A stretch of DNA of 44,075 bases from positions 1-44,075 of the forward strand of contig RBNJ01000072.1 of assembly GCA_003990765.1 (NCBI GenBank), written 5' to 3'. Below the pieces are notes generated by a model. That model was not told where the DNA came from and did not search any database. It saw nothing but the letters and a program-made list of their open reading frames with translations. This DNA comes from Jimgerdemannia flammicorona (lineage: Eukaryota). The position numbers and the translations under genes are program-made. Positions 1 through 12,229 of this stretch are shown here, piece by piece (position 1 is the stretch's first letter; each line of letters starts with the position of its first letter).

Positions 1-110
1 AGAATATGGAGCTCTACGTAACTATGGCTCCTAGCCCCTTTCTCCCATTGCTGAAAACGCACTACCGAATAGAAATTGATACTCTAACCATTCGAATGAT
101 GCTCGCTTAC

Positions 111-619
111 CTCTTATTTTGGACGTTGTGGCCGTTTTTACCACAGGGTCATCGCCGGCCTCGTCCTCCAGGCCTGTGCGTAGAGAAGAGAATTAGGAGG
201 GGCTGTGAATAAAAGACGGCAAGTTGCAGAGAGCTTTTCGACTCCATCAAAGGCAAAGTCAACTCACAACAACTAGGAGAAACAGGCCACAATCGTTTCC
301 CAGAGTGCACCAAACACTCAGCCTACACCAATATAGTTGTTAGTATAAGTGATACGCACCTGGCGTAGGTGATTGCCGGTTGGCGACTGTGGAAACAGTA
401 AGTTTGAGTTGGTGCATATAGCATACATTATCACACAGGAGACTTGCAAAGAACAAGTCAGTTTCAAGGTAACTATTTACCTTCATCGGCCCCCTCACTA
501 TCTGAGAGTTTACGTTTCTTTTGGCTCCTTATATCCATTTGAATCACTTGGCCTTTGTCTTTGTTCTTTGGTTGCTTTCTATTTAAGGTAGTAGGTCGGA
601 CCTTGTGAGTTTCAGGCAT
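111..619 (-). CDS. 5' part of a putative spliced host gene (predicted exons 619-481, 386-360, 173-111; continues off the left edge); product unknown
   Basis: ATG at 619 in context CCACCACCACCATG. Donors are GTAAAT (480), GTGCGT (359) and GTAAGC (110); acceptors are TTTCCACAG and CTAAT..CTACGCACAG. The joined frame is open: MPETHKVRPTTLNRKQPKNKDKGQVIQMDIRSQKKRKLSDSEGADEVANRQSPTPGLEDEAGDDPVVKTATTSKIR, with an NLS-like KKRK. CpG is not depleted here. Confidence 0.55.
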
Positions 620-715
620 GGTGGTGGTGGTTTGGGCAGCGGCGTATATCGGACCAAATACGGTAGAAGCCTGACCAATTTGGACTTCAGTGAAACATTA
701 CAAATCGATGACGTT

Positions 716-1609
716 TGCTAATTTCATTATATGTATTTTATACTTTGATACTTTTATTTAGTTATTAATATAGAGGTTTATAAATTTAAAATTTCTAAAT
801 AAATATTTTTAAATTAAATAATATATTCTATAAATAACTAATTAATATATTCTTTTAAAGATTTAATAGTTATATATATTTATCTTAAAAGTATAATAAT
901 ATTTAATTACTACATACTTTAAAATTTATATTTTTAATTATAATAATTTTAATTAATGAAATATATATATATATAAGATATGAGGTATTTTTATATTTAA
1001 AATTTATTATTTTAATTATAAAAGTATAAAAATAAAATAAGAATAACATTAGATTAATATATAATTATATATAAAAATTATATTTATTAAGTAGTAATAA
1101 ATATAATTTATTATTTTAAAAAAAATATTAAATATTATATGTATTAGAGATAAATATATATATATATATATATATATTATAGTTAGGATTAAAGTTAGAA
1201 TGTGAATTATATGATTTAAGTAATTAAATAACTTAGAAAAGAAATTTTAAAAATTCTTAAAATATATAACTAATTAAGAAAAAACTTAATTAAAAATTAG
1301 TAAGATAATTAATTTAAAGAGGAAAAATATCAAATAGTTATTAAGAGAGAAAAAGGTTTTAAAAGAGGTTATAATTAGTAGATATTATTAAATAATAATA
1401 CTATTAATAATAATTAATAAAATTTGTAAGAGTCAAATAAAGTTTATAAAAATATAAAATATTATATTAGTAAATATAAATATAAAAACAGATTAAAATA
1501 AGAAAAATTAATAAATATACTAACTTAAAACTAAAATAAAAATAGAATTCCAAAATATATATTTTATAAATAATATTTTACTATAAGAATAATACTATTT
1601 TAATTTTAA

Positions 1610-1640
<31 letters not shown>

Positions 1641-3775
1641 GTTACTTAGACTTTATTATTTATTATTAACTAATCTATACCTATATACCAATTTCTTTAA
1701 AGGATCTGTCTCTCATCTTTTTATAATTAAAGACTACCAGACTATTAACTATCCTAACTCTTCTATTACTTTACTTATAAATCTCCTTTACTAAATAGTT
1801 ATAATAACTACTCTGAGTGTCTAACTCTATCTATTAGTCAGATATAATATCTCTTATTAACTTCTTATATCTTACTAATTATTTCATTAAGCATATTTAC
1901 CTACTCTCCTTAAATATATCTCTAACTCTATAATATAACTAAATTTGACTACTAAAAAAAACTACTATAAAAATATTAGAAAAATCAAAAAAAAATTTAA
2001 AAATTTATATTTTTTTTTAAAGACAAATTTGACTATATTGTATTATTGAATAGGAATATACAGCTAATATCTAACTAACCTCACCTATACCCTCAAAACC
2101 CACTCAGTAGTAGGTTACTTATTATTAATATATTCTATCAGATTATCTCTCAAGTTATACCAATAATCTCTTTCTCTATTCTCTTATCTTTATACTTCTA
2201 GATAACTTTCTACTATTACTCAAAAATCTCCAAATACTATATATATATTCAGTAAATATTCAGACATCTATACAAAACTCTTCTCCTATTTTATATGTAT
2301 TATAACACTAATTATATAAAAAGAACTCTTTATTAATTATATAATATAATTGAAAGTTTAAAAAAATATTCCTTCTCAGTATATATTACTATATTATCCA
2401 GAACTTTAAGAGAAGTTATTACTATACCTTAGTACTCTAGAACCAGATAATAGTCCAGTTACTCTTCTTACCAATTCCAGTTATTTATTAGCTAATAGGT
2501 TCTTTACTACTTCACTTTAGTACTAATGTTAAAGTCAATTAGTAGAGAGCTACTCAATAGTAGTCTATCTCACTACTATACATATTACTAGATCTCAATA
2601 TATCTTTCTTTAGTATTATATTAATATAGATTAATGTAATAAATACTATTTACTATCCTCTATTGGAAGCTCTTATATTGTAAGTATCCACTACTATCCA
2701 GTTTAACTAATAATAGCAGATTATTTGAAGAGCCTCTGGAGAGAACTATATCCCACAGATCTTTTGCATCAGTAATATCTATCTACCTCTCCTCAGCTCA
2801 ATAGTCCTCTTTAATCACTAAGCTCTCAGATAATATATCTTTTTAGAAAAGTCCATCAGACCAAGACCTCCTCTATTTATTATATCACTAAAATCTCTCA
2901 ACCTATTACTTTACTTCTCTACTCAGATAAAAGATTATATATTAGAGATTATCAGATTATAACAAAATTTTAATAAATATTGAGTTATTTTCTATTATAT
3001 AAAAATCAGTAATATAACTTATAATAGTAAATAATTAGAATATAAATAATATCTAAAAAAAAATTAAATATTAGCTAGTATTATAGTAATAGATAAATAA
3101 GTTATAGATACTAGTAAATATAACTATAAAAAAAGAAAAATAGTATAATAATTCATATTTTATAATTATAAAAAATAATATAAATAGGACTAATCTACTA
3201 ACTAAAGATATTAATTTTTTTATAAATACATATATTTAAAAATAATAATAAATTAAACACTTTTTAATATCTAGATATATTAATATTACTAATATAAAAA
3301 TTATTTATTATTTTAGTTTAAACTATAATATTAATTATCTTTAATAAAAAACTTAATTATAATTAAAAAAATAATAATTTATTATAAAGAGAGTAATTTT
3401 ATGGAAATCGTATAGATTATATATTTCTCTGTATTACTGATAAATAACATAAATCTGATGGAATGGCATAAGATCATATGCTGGCAAATTAGTTACTTTC
3501 TTAACACTCTCACTCAACAAGATATATAAATTAAAAAAAAGAATACAACATATATCTTAAAAAAAAATGTAAACTAAAATAAAAAGTAATATAAAATATA
3601 TATAAAAAAACTAAAACTACATATAACTCAAAGAACTAGAAATCCTATATTTAAGGAATTTTCACAGATTGAAAAGTATTTCAAAATATATAAAATATCT
3701 GAAAATACTAATAGAAATATGCTATAACCCACTTATAGATAAGAGATGTAACCAATATAGAAGTTAGATGTATAG
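716..3775. other. Extremely AT-rich, heavily decayed repeat relic with (TA)n runs; ~1680-2950 may be a remnant of element coding sequence
   Basis: Abrupt loss of C/G after ~715, almost no CpG, strong TpA excess, no ORFs in the track; identity not recoverable by eye. Confidence 0.5.
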
Positions 3776-4251
3776 TGTAACATGGTGGATGCTTACTCTT
3801 GAAAGTACGTTGGATTTCTGTATCTTGAAAACTTGATCCTTCTGACTCTTGCAGAGTCTCTTGAAGTTGTAAGGGAGGGTGGGTGAGTTCGAAGTATATC
3901 TGCCCACAGGCTTACTAGTTTCTTTGCTATCTCTTTGCTTTGAACTATTTTGATCTGAGGTTTATTCACTCTAAGATACTGGGTTATTTATACAAGTTTG
4001 CTAGCTATGAGAGAGTGGCTAAGTAATAAATGAGTCATTTGGACTTTGTCGAAACATTTGGACAATATCTAAATACTATACTAAATTGGAATGTTCGATT
4101 TGGATAATGTCTAAAATTTAGACAATGTCTAAGAATTTAGACAATGTCGAAATCAAGGACTGCTAACTATAAGGTTATACTACTTTGGGACTGGGTGCAA
4201 TCAAGTGTCTATTCCCTATTTCCTTCTTCCAAATTTGGCTGTACCATCACA
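3776..4251 (-). repeat. 3' LTR of copy A
   Basis: TGTAAC...ATCACA termini; direct repeat of 10022-10498; purine run AGAAGGAAG immediately upstream on the minus strand. Confidence 0.95.
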
Positions 4252-4288
4252 ACTTCCTTCTGAATGGATGGTCTTGTCCCTGAGACAT

Positions 4289-4750
4289 CTATTCAAACTC
4301 CCAGGCTTTAATGGTCTGTATGGTCTTGTACTGTACAATTTGCTGTATGACTGTTTCTCAATGATGTCTCTTCACTTTCTCGAAGTTGGTGGGGGTTACA
4401 CCTCTCAGGTGGTCTATCGCTACTTCATCTTCTCAGAATAACTTGTGGATCCTTTTGGCAATAGTGATCTGTGAGTGGGAGAGTTGACACTCGGCAATCC
4501 AGTCCTCCTTGGTCTTTGCTGGATCTTGATTGAGCACCTGTCCAAGCTTGAAGTACTCTTGGAATTCTGCCCGATATTGATAGGCTCTAAAGTGCAAGAT
4601 CTGAGAGAGAAGAGTCTGTACAATACTCTGAATATCCTCATAGTATGCCTCTATGGTCAAAGGCTCAGTGGTGTGCCATTGTCTTTCGATGGCTCTTTGG
4701 GCAGCACTAGTGATCTTGAGTGCCATTGCAGTACTTTTGTTACTGACCAT
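4289..4750 (-). pseudogene. ORF3 of copy A, 153 codons, unknown function, two premature TGA
   Basis: Colinear with the intact 17397-17858 ORF; reading through the stops gives ...KRIHKLF*EDEVAIDHLRGVTPTNFEKVKRHH*ETVIQQIVQYKTIQTIKAWEFE. Confidence 0.85.
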
Positions 4751-5933
4751 GATATTTCTTAAGTTGGTTTTGGTGAATGGTGGTGGGGATTATTGTGCCT
4801 GAGAGTTTTCGTAGCCAAAAGGTAGTCCCTTTTATATCTTGCACAAGGTAAGATCCTTCCCACTTGGGCTTCAGTTTTCGTGACCATGAATCTTCTACCA
4901 TATTCTGATACACTAGGACCTTGTCTCCTATCTTGATAATCTCCAAGGGCTTGTGGGTCTTTTCCGCATTCCTCTGTTGTAGTGTCTGCACCTTGGTTAT
5001 GTAATCCTCAGCCTTCTTCCTGATTTGGTGTAGTCTCTGTATTTCCATGTCCACATGTTTCCATACAGCATCTCTATTGAATGATAGGGTTCCTTGAGAA
5101 TATTCTTCTCCAAACAGCATTTCTTGAGGGGTAAAGTGGGTGCTTTGTGATTGGATATCTCGGAGAGCAGATAATGCTATTGGCAGATAGTGATCCCAGT
5201 TCTCATAGTTATCACAGATCTTAGCAATAACATTCTTGAGGGTTTTGTTGGTCCTTTCTACTTGTCCGTTTCCTTGAGGGTGATAGGCTGTGGTCTGAAT
5301 GTGCTGGATCTTGTACTTCTTGTAGAGAACCTCAAAGAGCTGGTTCACGAATTCTGTTCCTCTATCTGTAGTTACTTGTGTTGGGGTCTTGAACTGGTAG
5401 ATGATTTCCTTGTGGAAGAAATTGGTGATTGACTGTGCATTGGCTTCCTTGAGGGGTCCTGCTTCTATCCACTTCATAAAAAGGTCTATGATAATAATAA
5501 TGTATCAGTTACCAGTTAGGGTCAAGGGTAGAGGGCCGATTACATCTATTGCTATATGGGCAAATGGTACTGGTTCTATGTGTACTGATCCTGGGGCTTG
5601 ATTCCATTGGTCTTGTTTCTGTTTCTGGCATTTGTCGCATGTCTTGACAAATTGTCTGATATCTTCCTCCATTCCTGGCCACCATATTGTTCTTCTTGCC
5701 TTGTCATATGTATTCATTCCTCCTAAATGGCCAAGTTTGTGTACTGATTTCATTGCTTGCTCCTTCTTGTATTCTGATATGACCAGTAGTTTTCCTTTCT
5801 TCAGTGTTTCTCCATCGATTTTGAATTGTTTCCATATCCTGTTGATAATCGTTTGTATACATTCTTCCAGATGTTGGGGCATCTTTCGCTGTCCCAGGTA
5901 TGTAATAATTCCATAGTAGAGCTCCTTATTCAT
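4740..5933 (-). pseudogene. Integrase of copy A in its own ORF (MNKELYY...KKYHGQ), with an internal stop
   Basis: HHCC (HKLGH...CDKC), D (AIDVIGP), D (TDRG), E (VERTN) and GPY-like KWEGSY motifs; no chromodomain. Confidence 0.92.
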
Positions 5934-8900
5934 GATTGATTTGTTGGTTAGAGGTAGTTCGAGATGTCCGTGAGAGAGCATCTGTATTGGAATTTGTTCT
6001 TCCAGGGCAGTGTACAATGGTTACATTATAGGCTTGTAACTTCATTATCTATCTGGCATAGATTCCTTTAGGTTGTCCAGTTGTCAGTAGCCAGGTGAGA
6101 GCTGAGTGGTCCGTCTGGATGGTGAAGTGTCTTCTGGCCAGATAGTAGTGGAACTTTTCCACAGCCCAGATGACTGCAAGGCATTCCAACTTGTAGGACT
6201 TGTATTCTTTTTCAGCCCCTCGGGTTCCATGGCTAAGATATGCAATGACATACTCTTTTTTGTCTTCTTTTTGAGCTAGGACTGCTCCCAGTCCTTGTGT
6301 GCTTGCATCTATCTGAAGGATAAATTCTTGGGTCCAATTGGGTCATCTGAGGATGGGTGCCTGAGTTAGTCTGATCTTGAGTTCGTCAAATGCTTTTTGT
6401 TGTCTGCCAATCCACTGGAACTTGGTATCCTTCTTGTTGAGTTTGTAGATTGGACCTGTGATGTTGGAGAATCCTCTAATGAATCTGCAATAGTAGGAGG
6501 CAAGTCCCATGAAGGCTTGGGCTTCTGTGACAGTAGTGGGCCTTGGGTATGCTACTACTGCTTATATTTTGAGGGAGTCCGTGTGTGTTCCATCTCAATT
6601 GATAATATGGCCAAGATAGGAGATCTCGATTTCTGCAAACTTGTACTTCTTGGGTTTGATATAAAGGCCATGTTGTCTTAGTCTCTCCATTATCTGCTGT
6701 ATGTGCTGCAGATGTTCCTCAGGTGTCTTGCTGTAGATGATTATATCATCAACATAGACCATCATCCATCTTCCCATGTCATAGTGGAAGATTTTATTCA
6801 TCATTTGCTGAAAGCTTGCTGGTGCATTGCACATTCTGAATGGCATTCATAGGTAGATGTAGGTTCCGTCTGGGGTGATGAAGGCTGACTTTTCACTTGC
6901 CATCTCTGTGAGTCCGATTTGGTGAAATCCTGAGTATAAGTCCAAGGTGCTGTAGTACTCTGCTTTATCTCCCAGTGTTATAAGGATGTCACTGATGAAC
7001 GGCAGTGGTTGGCGATCCTTCTTAGTAACTGCATTGAGCTTTCTGTAGTTGACACAGAGCCTTGGGGCAAATTCTCCAGGTTTGCTTCCTTTTTTCGGGA
7101 CTAGTACAACTGATGAAGACCAGGGGCTGCTGGCTTCTTTGATGATACCAGCTTCTTCCATCTGCTTGATTTCTTTTTTGAGCCATTCTCAGTAGGCTGG
7201 CGGGATGGATCTTGCCTTCTGGTAAATTAGTTCAGTGTCTCCAGTATCTACCTCATGATAGTAGTGTGGGGTCTTTCCCTTGATATCCTTGAAATCCATG
7301 GCAAGGACATCCTCAAATTTGTGGAGTATTTTCTTGAGTTCCTCCTTGAGTGGGAATTCATCTCCAATAGTGTAACTATGCTTGCTTGTGTTTTCTTCCT
7401 TCTTATGCTCGAGTTCGGTGATCTTGGTGCTGGTGAATACTCCTCTTCCTGTGGATCTGAATCCTTTCTTTCCTCTTTTCATTTCCTCCAGATTCTTGAC
7501 TTCTATGATCCTTGGCTGTATGATTGAGAAGATCAACATCTGTACCAATCAGTCCTTCTTCTTGACTGGGAATGAAATTATAGGATTGTGGTTCCTAGCA
7601 ATGAGTAGAATTTCTCCAGTATAGTCTGAATTAATGACTCCTCCTTCAATTGTGATTTCGCTTCTAGCCAGGCTGCTTCTTGTCTTGAGAATCCCAACAT
7701 GATCCTTTGGGATAGTCATCTCTAGTCCAGTTGCAAGTAGGGTGGTTGTCTGGGGTTCGAGTATAGTTTCTTCTACTGTAGCAATGTCCATTCCGGCTGT
7801 GTTTTCTGACTTGTATTCTGGCAAGACTGCATCAGAGTGGATCTTTCGAATCTTGACCTTGATTTCTTCTTCATTATCACTGTCCTCCAGGAGGGCTGGT
7901 GGTTCATCATCTTCCTCCTTCTCTTCTTCTCTGATCTGTTTTTCAAGAGCTTTCTGCCTTCTTTCCTGGTAGATCTTCTTGGTTCCAATGGTGCACTGGT
8001 AGCAATCGTTGATATGCTCTATACAGTACATCTTGATTCCATGAGGATAGACTCCTTGTTGGGCATAACCTTCTGCGATCTTCTTGCACACTCATCCATT
8101 CAACTTTCTTCTTCTTTGGAGTAGTCACCATATAAGCTTCCTCTTGCTCACTCTCTTCTTCCTCCATATCAGGCAGGACTCCTTTGTTGATGTTGATGGG
8201 AATTCATATCTTCTGTCCCCGGTAGGTGATCTGCATCTTCTGAGCATTGAGATCAATTACCGCCTTGGCTTTATGAAGCCATTGATTACCGATGAGGATG
8301 TTATAGTTGGTGGCATTGGTTACGATTACATCTACTGGAATTGTTGCTCCTCCGATCTTGATGGGAATATCTCGGATCTTTCCCAGAGGTGTGGCTCTTA
8401 TGCCATCGGCTGTGACGAATACTAGCTTAGTTGCTTCTTCCACATCCCAACCTAGGTGGTCCACTGCCTTCTTACTGAGGAGACATCCTCCTGCTCCTGT
8501 ATCAATGATGGCTTCAAAGATTCCATCTTCGATTTGGTATGTTGCATAAGCAGAGGTTTTGTGATTATCCTCACTTTCTTCTCCTGAGTCCTCTTGAACA
8601 TTATTGGTCTCAGTTATCTTCCATCCTTGTTTCTTGGTTGTTTTGGCAAGTCCAAACCTCATTTGCTGTCTGAATGTTGGGATTTCTGCAAGCTGACCAA
8701 AGGTTGCATAGACCTTTTGTTGACTGAGATCCTTGAAGATATCATACTTGAAGGTCTTGGTCTTGCAAAGCTTCTTTTCTTTTTCTCCTTCACTGGCTGG
8801 AGTGGTTCCTTGGATGATATCTTGAACTACTTACTCCAGCTTGATATCTTGGTCCATCTCTTTGGCTTGGCTTTCTGTGGCAGTTTTCATCCATTTTTCC

Positions 8901-9907
8901 ACTGGGTTCTTCTTGAGTCTTCTTGGTAGTCTCTTGTAGGGTTCTTTGCAAGCATCCTTCTTAGTGGTCTGAGCAGGATAGGCCTCCCATTCCTCTTCAT
9001 CAGATTCTCTGATTTCTTCAAAGGTGATTGTATTGGCCTGCTCCTTGTTTCATGTGGCATTGCTTGGTTGAGCCTTGCATTTGGTTTCACTCATACATTC
9101 ATAGGAGTAGTGGCCTTCTTCTCCGCAGCTGTAGCAGGTACCTTTCTTCTTATCTGAGGTGGTGGCAAACTTCTGAACAGGGCGGTGATCTCTTCCTCGG
9201 ATTTCCTTTACCACATCTCCCAGGTGGGCAGTCATTTCAGCAAACCTTTTGGCAAGTTCCTCCATAGGGTCACTGTTCTTTTGCTGCTCTGTAGCTTTTG
9301 GCTGAGGTGTGTTTCGATTGATCATTGTGGTTGGGATCACACTAGTTGCCTTGAGTGCCTTGATTCTGACTCCTGTAACTCTCTCCATTGTGTGGTCTTG
9401 TGGGTGTCTGGCTATCCAGTATCACTGAGCATAGGTGACCTTCTGTGGCAGATCCAGAATCACTGGTGATGAGTGGATGGCCATGGCTATTTCTGGATGG
9501 ACTCCTTTCATGAAGGTTGCTTCGGCTACTTGATCTCGGATAGCAGCAGCATAATCTGCAAGGATTATCTGATATCGAATTCTGGTATAGAATGTGTTTG
9601 GATCCTCACTCATTCCTTGGCATGTTGTGTTGAGCTGATCCTTTAGAGCTTGCTTGATCTTGTCTGTGTAATATGTATTTCGGAGCCAGGTCTTCTGTGC
9701 TGTCAGTATGGTATCGGCATCATTTCCTGCATGGGTTGTGGCTGTGAATGCTGCTCTGGCAGGGCCTCGTAGGCTGAAGAGCATGAGGGCTACTTGCTGT
9801 GCTGCTGTCAGAGTCCTTACGGCAGCATACTGCTCAAAATCATCAATGAAGGTGATGATTAATTCATCTGAGGTATATTCATGGAATACTGGCAGTCTCA
9901 TATCCAT
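5926..9907 (-). pseudogene. gag-PR-dUTPase-RT-RNaseH polyprotein of copy A (stops, plus an 11-bp deletion near 8092)
   Basis: CYSCGEEGHYSYEC knuckle, IIDTGAG protease, SPWSS, LDLYSGFHQI, YVDD and RNase H ending DALSR. Confidence 0.95.
7447..7863 (-). pseudogene. dut: dUTPase domain, copy A
   Basis: Trimeric dUTPase motifs AGMDI, RSSLA, GVINSDYTGEI, VQMLI and RGKKGFRSTG. Confidence 0.93.
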
Positions 9908-10000
9908 TTTGTCTGGGTATTGGAGCTCGGTTTGTATGGTTGTTCGGATAGTGGTGGTTGTTCATTGTTTAGCTTGAAAGTGAGGGATTCATCTTAAATC

Positions 10001-10018
10001 ACCAGCCAATGGGCACTA
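10001..10018 (-). promoter_or_regulatory. Primer binding site of copy A (TGG mutated to TAG)
   Basis: TAGTGCCCATTGGCTGGT, 3 nt after the 5' LTR; matches the B PBS. Confidence 0.85.
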
Positions 10019-10021
10019 AGT

Positions 10022-10498
10022 TGTAACATAGCGGACACTTACTCTTGAAAGTACGTCAGATTTCTGTATCTTGAAAACTTGACCATTCTGACTCCCACAG
10101 AGTCTCTTGAAGTTGTAGGGGAGGGTGGGTGAGTTCGAAGTATATCTGCCCACAGGCTTACTAGTTCCTTTGCTATCTCTTTGCTTTGAACTATTTCGAT
10201 CTGAGGTTTATTCACTCTAAGATACTGGGTTATTTATACAAGTTTACTTGCTATGAGAGGGTGGCTAAGTAATAAATGAGTCATTTGGACTTTGTTGAAA
10301 CATTTGGACAATGTCTAAATGCTATACTAAATCGGGACATTCGATTTGGATAATATCTAGAAATTTAGACAATGTCTAAGAATTTAGATAATGTCGAAAT
10401 CAAGGACTGCTAACTATAAGACTATACTACTTTGGTACTGGGTGTGATCAAGTGTCTATTCTCTATTTCCTTCTTCCAAATTTGGCTGTACCATCATA
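10022..10498 (-). repeat. 5' LTR of copy A
   Basis: Direct repeat of 3776-4251; terminal CA decayed to TA. Confidence 0.95.
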
Positions 10499-11648
10499 AT
10501 ATATAAGGATATCTGATACTAACTTTGAAGAGTAAGTACTATCAACTAAATATCAAATAATAGATATAAAATAAATAATTCAATATACTCTCAACTATGA
10601 AGAAAATAGAGCCAACCTAAAATATAATAGGAAAGTAAATAAAAAAATATATATATAATTGCTCATTTATCTAAGTATCTTCATAATCTCAGTTAGATGA
10701 AACTTGACTATAAGATAACTACCAGAATTATATATAATATTGATTGTATGATAGACTATCTTATAAAAAGTATAAAGGAGAAAAATATGAAGTTTTTCTT
10801 ATTATTTATCATTAGTGAATTAGTCTTATTACTTATAACTAAAATAATCTCAGAAGGCTAAATATAAACTATTGTGAAGACTATATCTGTAAAGATGGCA
10901 ATAGTAGAACTGATCACTATAGGAGTAGAGATAGAGTTTGGTCAAAATAACTATAGTATTAAGCAAGAGTAGAATATATAAGCAAGAGAGGGAAAGAAGA
11001 GGATATAATTGACTTCTCACAACAATAAGTAGCTTTAAGGTAATATATATAACTGAATAAGTTCTGAGAAGAAGAGGCCTATTTCTGCAATAGCTAATCT
11101 TAAAGAAAGATTTGGAGAAATAAGCAGAGTAAATATATTTTATATATCTAGAGACAGAGATCCTAGTATTAGTCAAAGAATTCAAGTCAAGAGGTCTATA
11201 GATAGAAATTGTCAATGATAGAACCAGGCTGAAATGTTTGCTAAAAGAGCTAAGAGAGTTGTTACAAGATTTACAACACTAATCTAGATGGGCTTAAAAT
11301 ATACAGCAGAAGTCTAAAGTATAATAAGTAAAAGAAGAAATGTTAAGAACAAACTACCCAGTAAAGATAGACTAGAAACTCCAACTACTCAAGTAATAGT
11401 CTCATTAAAAACCTTCTTAAAATACTTCAATATCTAAAGTATTATAGTAGTAGCTGAAAAAAATAATCTAGAAAGGAAAAGGTCAAATTCCAACTAAGAC
11501 CCAATAAATATTTATATGATGACTAGTATAACTTGAGATAATCATAGAGAACTATAAGTATAGCAAAAGTTGAGAGTCTATTCTATCTTAGCTACATTAG
11601 ATTGAAAAAGTCAAACTCTTTATTAGTATATAGTATATTGATATATAT
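10499..11648 (-). mobile_element. 3' part of an old LINE (post-RT region), interrupted by copy B
   Basis: The minus strand appears to continue from 18363 (YIYINILY, a decayed YLG-type motif). Near 10850-11080 there is decayed C-terminal Cys/His-like sequence. Confidence 0.45.
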
Positions 11649-12115
11649 TGTGATAGTATAGCCAGATTTGGAAGAAGGAAATAGGGAATAGATACTTGAT
11701 CACACCCAGTTCTAAAGTAGTATAGCTATATAGTTAACAGTCCTTGATTTTGCAACTTGCTAAATATTTCGCAAAGTGCAAGATCAAGTTCCCCAATATA
11801 GTATAGCATTTCGCAACTGGCGAAACATTTCGCAAAGTGTTAAATGACTCATAACTTAGCCACATAACTCAGTAATCATCTCATAGCTAGCAAACTTGTA
11901 TAAATAACCCAGTATCTTCGAGTGAATAAACCTCAGATCGAAATAGTTCAAAGTAAAGAGATAGCAAAGGAACTAGTAAGCCTGTGGGCAGATACACCTC
12001 GAACTCACCCACCCTCCCCTGCAACTTCAAGAGACTCTGTAAGAGTTAGAACAGTCAAGTTTTCAAGATACAGAAATCTGACGTACTTTCAAGAGTAAGT
12101 GTCCACTACATTACA
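11649..12115 (+). repeat. 5' LTR of copy B; ATGACTCAT site ~11844, TATAAATA 11899-11906, AATAAA 11925-11930
   Basis: Direct repeat of 17896-18362. Confidence 0.95.
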
Positions 12116-12118
12116 ACT

Positions 12119-12136
12119 TGGTGCCCATTGGCTGGT
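12119..12136 (+). promoter_or_regulatory. Primer binding site of copy B
   Basis: TGGTGCCCATTGGCTGGT, complementary to a tRNA 3' end ..CAGCCAATGGGCA-CCA; isotype not identified. Confidence 0.88.
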
Positions 12137-12229
12137 AATTCAAGATGAATCCCTCACTTTCAAGCTGAACAACGAACAACTGCCACCACCTGAACAACCA
12201 TATAAACCGAGCCCCAATACTCAGACAAG

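Larger units (their letters stand above)
3776..10498 (-). mobile_element. Full-length, decayed Ty3/gypsy LTR retrotransposon, copy A (dUTPase-carrying)
   Basis: Two ~476-bp LTRs, PBS, short PPT, domain order gag(CCHC)-PR-dUTPase-RT-RNaseH-IN; flanks ATAG (3772-3775) and ATAT (10499-10502) form an imperfect 4-bp TSD. Confidence 0.97.

Noticed and set aside
268-322. Additional minus-strand exon with TAG acceptor and GTGAGT donor
   Set aside because: It would need a 37-bp upstream intron and gives an immediate in-frame TGA after exon 2; an alternative isoform is not excluded.
6-591. Plus-strand ORFs 6-212 and 373-591 as genes
   Set aside because: No recognisable motifs; splice signals and start context favour the minus-strand model.
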